A stretch of 64,000 nt of DNA from Octopus sinensis. Its lineage: Eukaryota. Made by a program: the position numbers and the translations under genes. Numbering within the stretch: position 1 is the first letter of the stretch; each line of letters starts with the position of its first letter. Shown here in pieces: positions 60,093 through 64,000 of the stretch. The notes under the pieces are model-generated. The model did not search any database. It was not told the origin of the DNA and saw only the letters and a list, made by a program, of their open reading frames with translations. The stretch spans positions 193,192,001 to 193,256,000 of the forward strand of contig NC_042997.1 of assembly GCF_006345805.1 (NCBI RefSeq), read 5' to 3'.

Positions 60093-62860
60093 AAATCATT
60101 TGATAATTCTCAAGAAGATGAAATGGTTCGTTGGTGGAACAATCATTCAACTAAAGTGGTGGAGTATTTTAAGATACTCTCCTTACAGGTCCATTAGAAG
60201 GACATAGCTGAGATAGTAGTCCCTCAGATGTGCAATTTTAACAATGTGCTGAAGACTGTCAGAGAGAAACATAGCAAAACAGAACTGAAGGAAGCTCACC
60301 AGTATAATTAAGGAAAAGTGTAGGAGTGGCTGTGTGGTAAGTAGCTTGCTTACCAACCACATAGTTCTGGGTTCAGTCCCACTGCATGGCACCTTGGGCA
60401 AGTGTCTTCTACTATGGCCTCAGGCCGACCAAAGCCTTGTGAGTGGATTTGGTTGATGGAAACTGAAAGAAGCCTGTCGTATATATGTGTGTGTGTACAT
60501 GTTTGTGTGTCTGTGTTTGTCCCCGCAACATCGCTTGACAACCAATGCTGGTGTGTTTACGTCACATGACTTAGTGGTTCAGCAAAAAGAGACTGATAGA
60601 ATAAGTACTAGGCTTACAAAGAATAAGTCCTGGGGTCGATTTGCTGGACTAAAGGCAGTGCTCCAGCATGGCCACGGCCAAATGACTGAAACAAGTAAAA
60701 GAGTAAAAAGAGAGAGAGTGTGTGTATTTGCTTAGTTGTTGCCATGTGACAGACCCCCCAATACTCTTCTAGTTATAGTTGATTTGCAGTTATATTTGAA
60801 AGCATTGCCACTGTTCAAATGTACTGATTATTTTGACAGAATTATAGTTGTTAATCTATTACAAGTTGCCTGGTTGTTTGCTGGGCCTTCTTTCTTGTTG
60901 AGTGGAGTAGCATTTGTGTTTTAGTAATGTTACTCTTTTACTCTCTTTTACATGTTTCAGCAAATCGACCCCAGGACTTATTCTTTGTAAGCCTAGTACT
61001 TATTCTATCAGTCTCTTTTTGCTGAACCGCTAAGTTACGGTGACGTAAACACACCAGCATTGGTTGTCAAGCGATGTTGGGGTGACAAACACACAAACAT
61101 ACACACACACATATATATATATATACATACATACATATATACGACGGCCTTCTTTCAGTTTCCGTCTACCAAATCCACTCACAAGGCTTTCGTTGGCCTG
61201 TGGCTATAGTAGAAGACACTTGCCCAAGGTGCCATGCAGTGGGACTGAACGTGGAACCATGTAGTTTGTAAGCAAAATACGTACCACACAGCCACTCCTA
61301 CACACATATAAAAAAAAAATGAATGTTATGAAATGATATTTGCTTTGAATTCAACCTAACATAACTGATCTTTTATTATTTTACTATGTTAGTTTTCAAT
61401 ACCTTAAAAAAATTCATGATGAAAAATATCTGGTTGGGGAAAAGAATATTAACTAGTTTTGCTGCTTGCATCAATTTAGACTCTACTAAGAGATACATAA
61501 AAGATAAGTGATGTTTTTTTTTAAAACCTGGTGATAAATTAACCCTTAAATATTTAAATTGGCCATAATATTCTACCTGTTTTGTTTTTAACCCTTTCGT
61601 TACTGTATTTCTGTTGTGATGCCCTGTGTTTCTTTCAATTACTTTAAATATAACAAAGCATTTAGTAAAATAACTTAGTTATCATTCAGCTGGTGTTAGG
61701 AACATAAATTGTGACTAAGGTTTTGGGGAAGATTTTAATTCAGAACTTTTGAAAACAAGACATTTATACTGAGAGCCAGAACTGGTTTCAGCCAGGTTGG
61801 TAACAAAAGGGTTAAACCATCTAAATTTGGCCTCTCACACCTACCCTGCAATATCATTTTAAAATAAACAATAACATCATTGAAATCACAAAGCTACAAA
61901 ATAGTACATGATTAATTCAAAACAATGTGAATAAATAAGCATTACATTTGATAAAGTGATCTGAATGTTAAGGGGTTGAGTCTATCATTCAAAATCAACT
62001 TAAATCCACAATTCTAAAGGCATCTAGTTCCAGCAGGTATTTATCAACATTTTGTTTCTGTATATATCCTCTCCACCCAATGTCATCATCATCATCGTTT
62101 ACGTCCGCTTTCCATGCTGGCATGGGTTGGACGATTTGACTGAGGACTGGCGAACCAGATGGCTGCATCAGGCTCCAATCTGATCTGGCAGAGTTTCTAC
62201 AGCTGGATGCCCTTCCTAATGCCAACCACTCCACTTTATGGAAGTTACTTTTTGTTTTCTAATTAGGTTTAAGAAAAAAAATAAATTCTAAAAATAAAAA
62301 CTAAGTTAAATTTGAGACATTGATAAGGATACAGCTGAGGAGATTTAGGGAAAAAAAATTCACCAAGAGGTCATGGTGCTTAGATCGTTGTCTACAATGT
62401 CAAGCAAGAATTCAGACCATGTTACACAACGTGCACCATTCTAATTACCACTAAGAGAATCAGACTGGACTGGAGTGCAATTTTTCTCCAAGTAATTTCC
62501 TGTCCCTCTTTCCTAGTTAAGCCTCTCTACATGCTGAGTACAATGCCATCCCCCTCGATACTTCACCCAACCCTGTGAAGTGGGGGGGGTCTTGTTTTAT
62601 GTGTTACTTGATGACCCAGTAGAGTTGATGCTATGGAAAAAGAAAAGCACCCAATACATTGTGTAAAGTGGTTAGTATTATGAAGGGGCAGCCAACCATA
62701 AAAAAAAAAAACTTGCCAAAGCAGATAATGGAGACCAACACAACCCTCAGGCAAGTCAGATTCTGTTGAACCATCCAACACATGCCAGCATGAAACAAGA
62801 CATTAAATGATGACGATGATAAAATTTTAGCTATATATGATAAAAAAAAATATTCTCTCA

Positions 62861-63037
<177 letters not shown>

Positions 63038-63518
63038 TTAATGAGTGCATAAGAAAGGTTTCAACGGGTTAACAAAAAGGTGGTGAGCTGGTAGAATTGC
63101 AAGTGTGGTGGGCAAAATGCTCACCGGCATTTCAATTGGCTTTATGTTCTGAGTTCTAATTACACCGAGGTCAACTGGTTGATATAATTGACTTAACCCG
63201 CCCCTAAAATTGCTGGTTTTGTGCTAATATTTGAAACCAATATGTCAATTAGCAAAAATAAATAACTTCATGAAAAGCTTTTAAATTAAAAATTGTCCAA
63301 TGAAATAAGTGTTACGAGATAACAAGTATGGGTCATCTTTGTCCTTTTGCATCTGTATGTTGGGTTATTTTACCTTTTAGTGAGCAGAGAAGGGAAGTGC
63401 CCATGAGTCTTTATAGGGTCTCTGGGATGCATAGAAGGGAATGGACCTGCCAAATCTAGTTTACAGCAATATCTGCCCTGAAAATCCTCTCCTAATTTGA
63501 TAGGATATATATGGCTTA

Positions 63519-64000
63519 CAGTAAATCCTCGAGTATAATCCACATTTTTCCCCCAAAATCCCTAGTGCATACTATATACGAGGTTAAAAATGAAAATTAT
63601 TTTCTAAGCAATGTCCAAGTCTCTATTTGCTGTCCGGCAATGTTTATTCAGATGCATTTTGTGATGTTGAGTGCGAAAATACCTTAAGCTAAGCTTGAAA
63701 GCAATGAAGTCATAAAAGAATCATCCATAACTTGCAGTAAGCAACATTTATTAAACGTTATTACGGTTATATATTAATTTTTTGCAAACAAAATGCACAA
63801 AAAAGCTACACGTTTGCATTATGTTATACATACAATAATAATAAAGGACGTTACCGTATACATTTTTACAAATCAAGGACGTTATATAGACCTCTTTGAT
63901 TCAAGTTAGAGAAGGGGTGCGTATTATACACAAGGTTTAGGTTTTTCAGAAGTACAGCCCCCTAAAAATCCCCTGCGTATTATACTCAGGGCAGACTATA
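63519..64000. mobile_element. Tc1/pogo-type MITE, runs off the window end
   Basis: TA followed by left TIR CAGTAAATCCTCGAGTATAATC. Internal sequence shared with 346-549. Confidence 0.7.

Overview
AT-rich, repeat-saturated eukaryotic genomic DNA with spliceosomal introns. The repeat content looks like an octopus/coleoid cephalopod; this is an inference, no search was run. Three protein-coding genes can be reconstructed by hand with canonical GT-AG junctions and consistent phases. (1) The last 4 coding exons of TSR3 (+, 130-4749). (2) A complete 6-exon acyl-CoA thioesterase 8/TesB-like gene, ACOT8 (+, 14246-38733, 352 aa). (3) The last 5 coding exons of the PRC2 subunit SUZ12 (-, 63019 down to 44155), convergent with ACOT8. 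The rest is mostly tRNA-derived SINEs (labelled here A, B, C, F), a (GAT)n-tailed repeat (labelled D), CR1/L2, RTE and CRE-like LINE fragments, mariner/pogo/hAT/piggyBac-like MITEs and a Helitron, often nested with intact target-site duplications. Best leads: the 12.5-kb last SUZ12 intron holds a phase-matched 98-nt exon candidate resembling the constitutive 80-nt VEFS exon, an in-frame 39-nt microexon candidate, and a tandem duplication of the terminal-exon region lacking the coding exon. ACOT8 has a mitochondrial-like presequence and no canonical peroxisomal PTS1. D-repeat tails plus unique flank were copied locally three times. A 35-bp minisatellite arose inside a SINE, and there are several long near-perfect palindromes. 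All alternative-exon and targeting claims are hypotheses needing RNA-seq or experiments. Family labels A-F are mine, and most TE boundaries are approximate.
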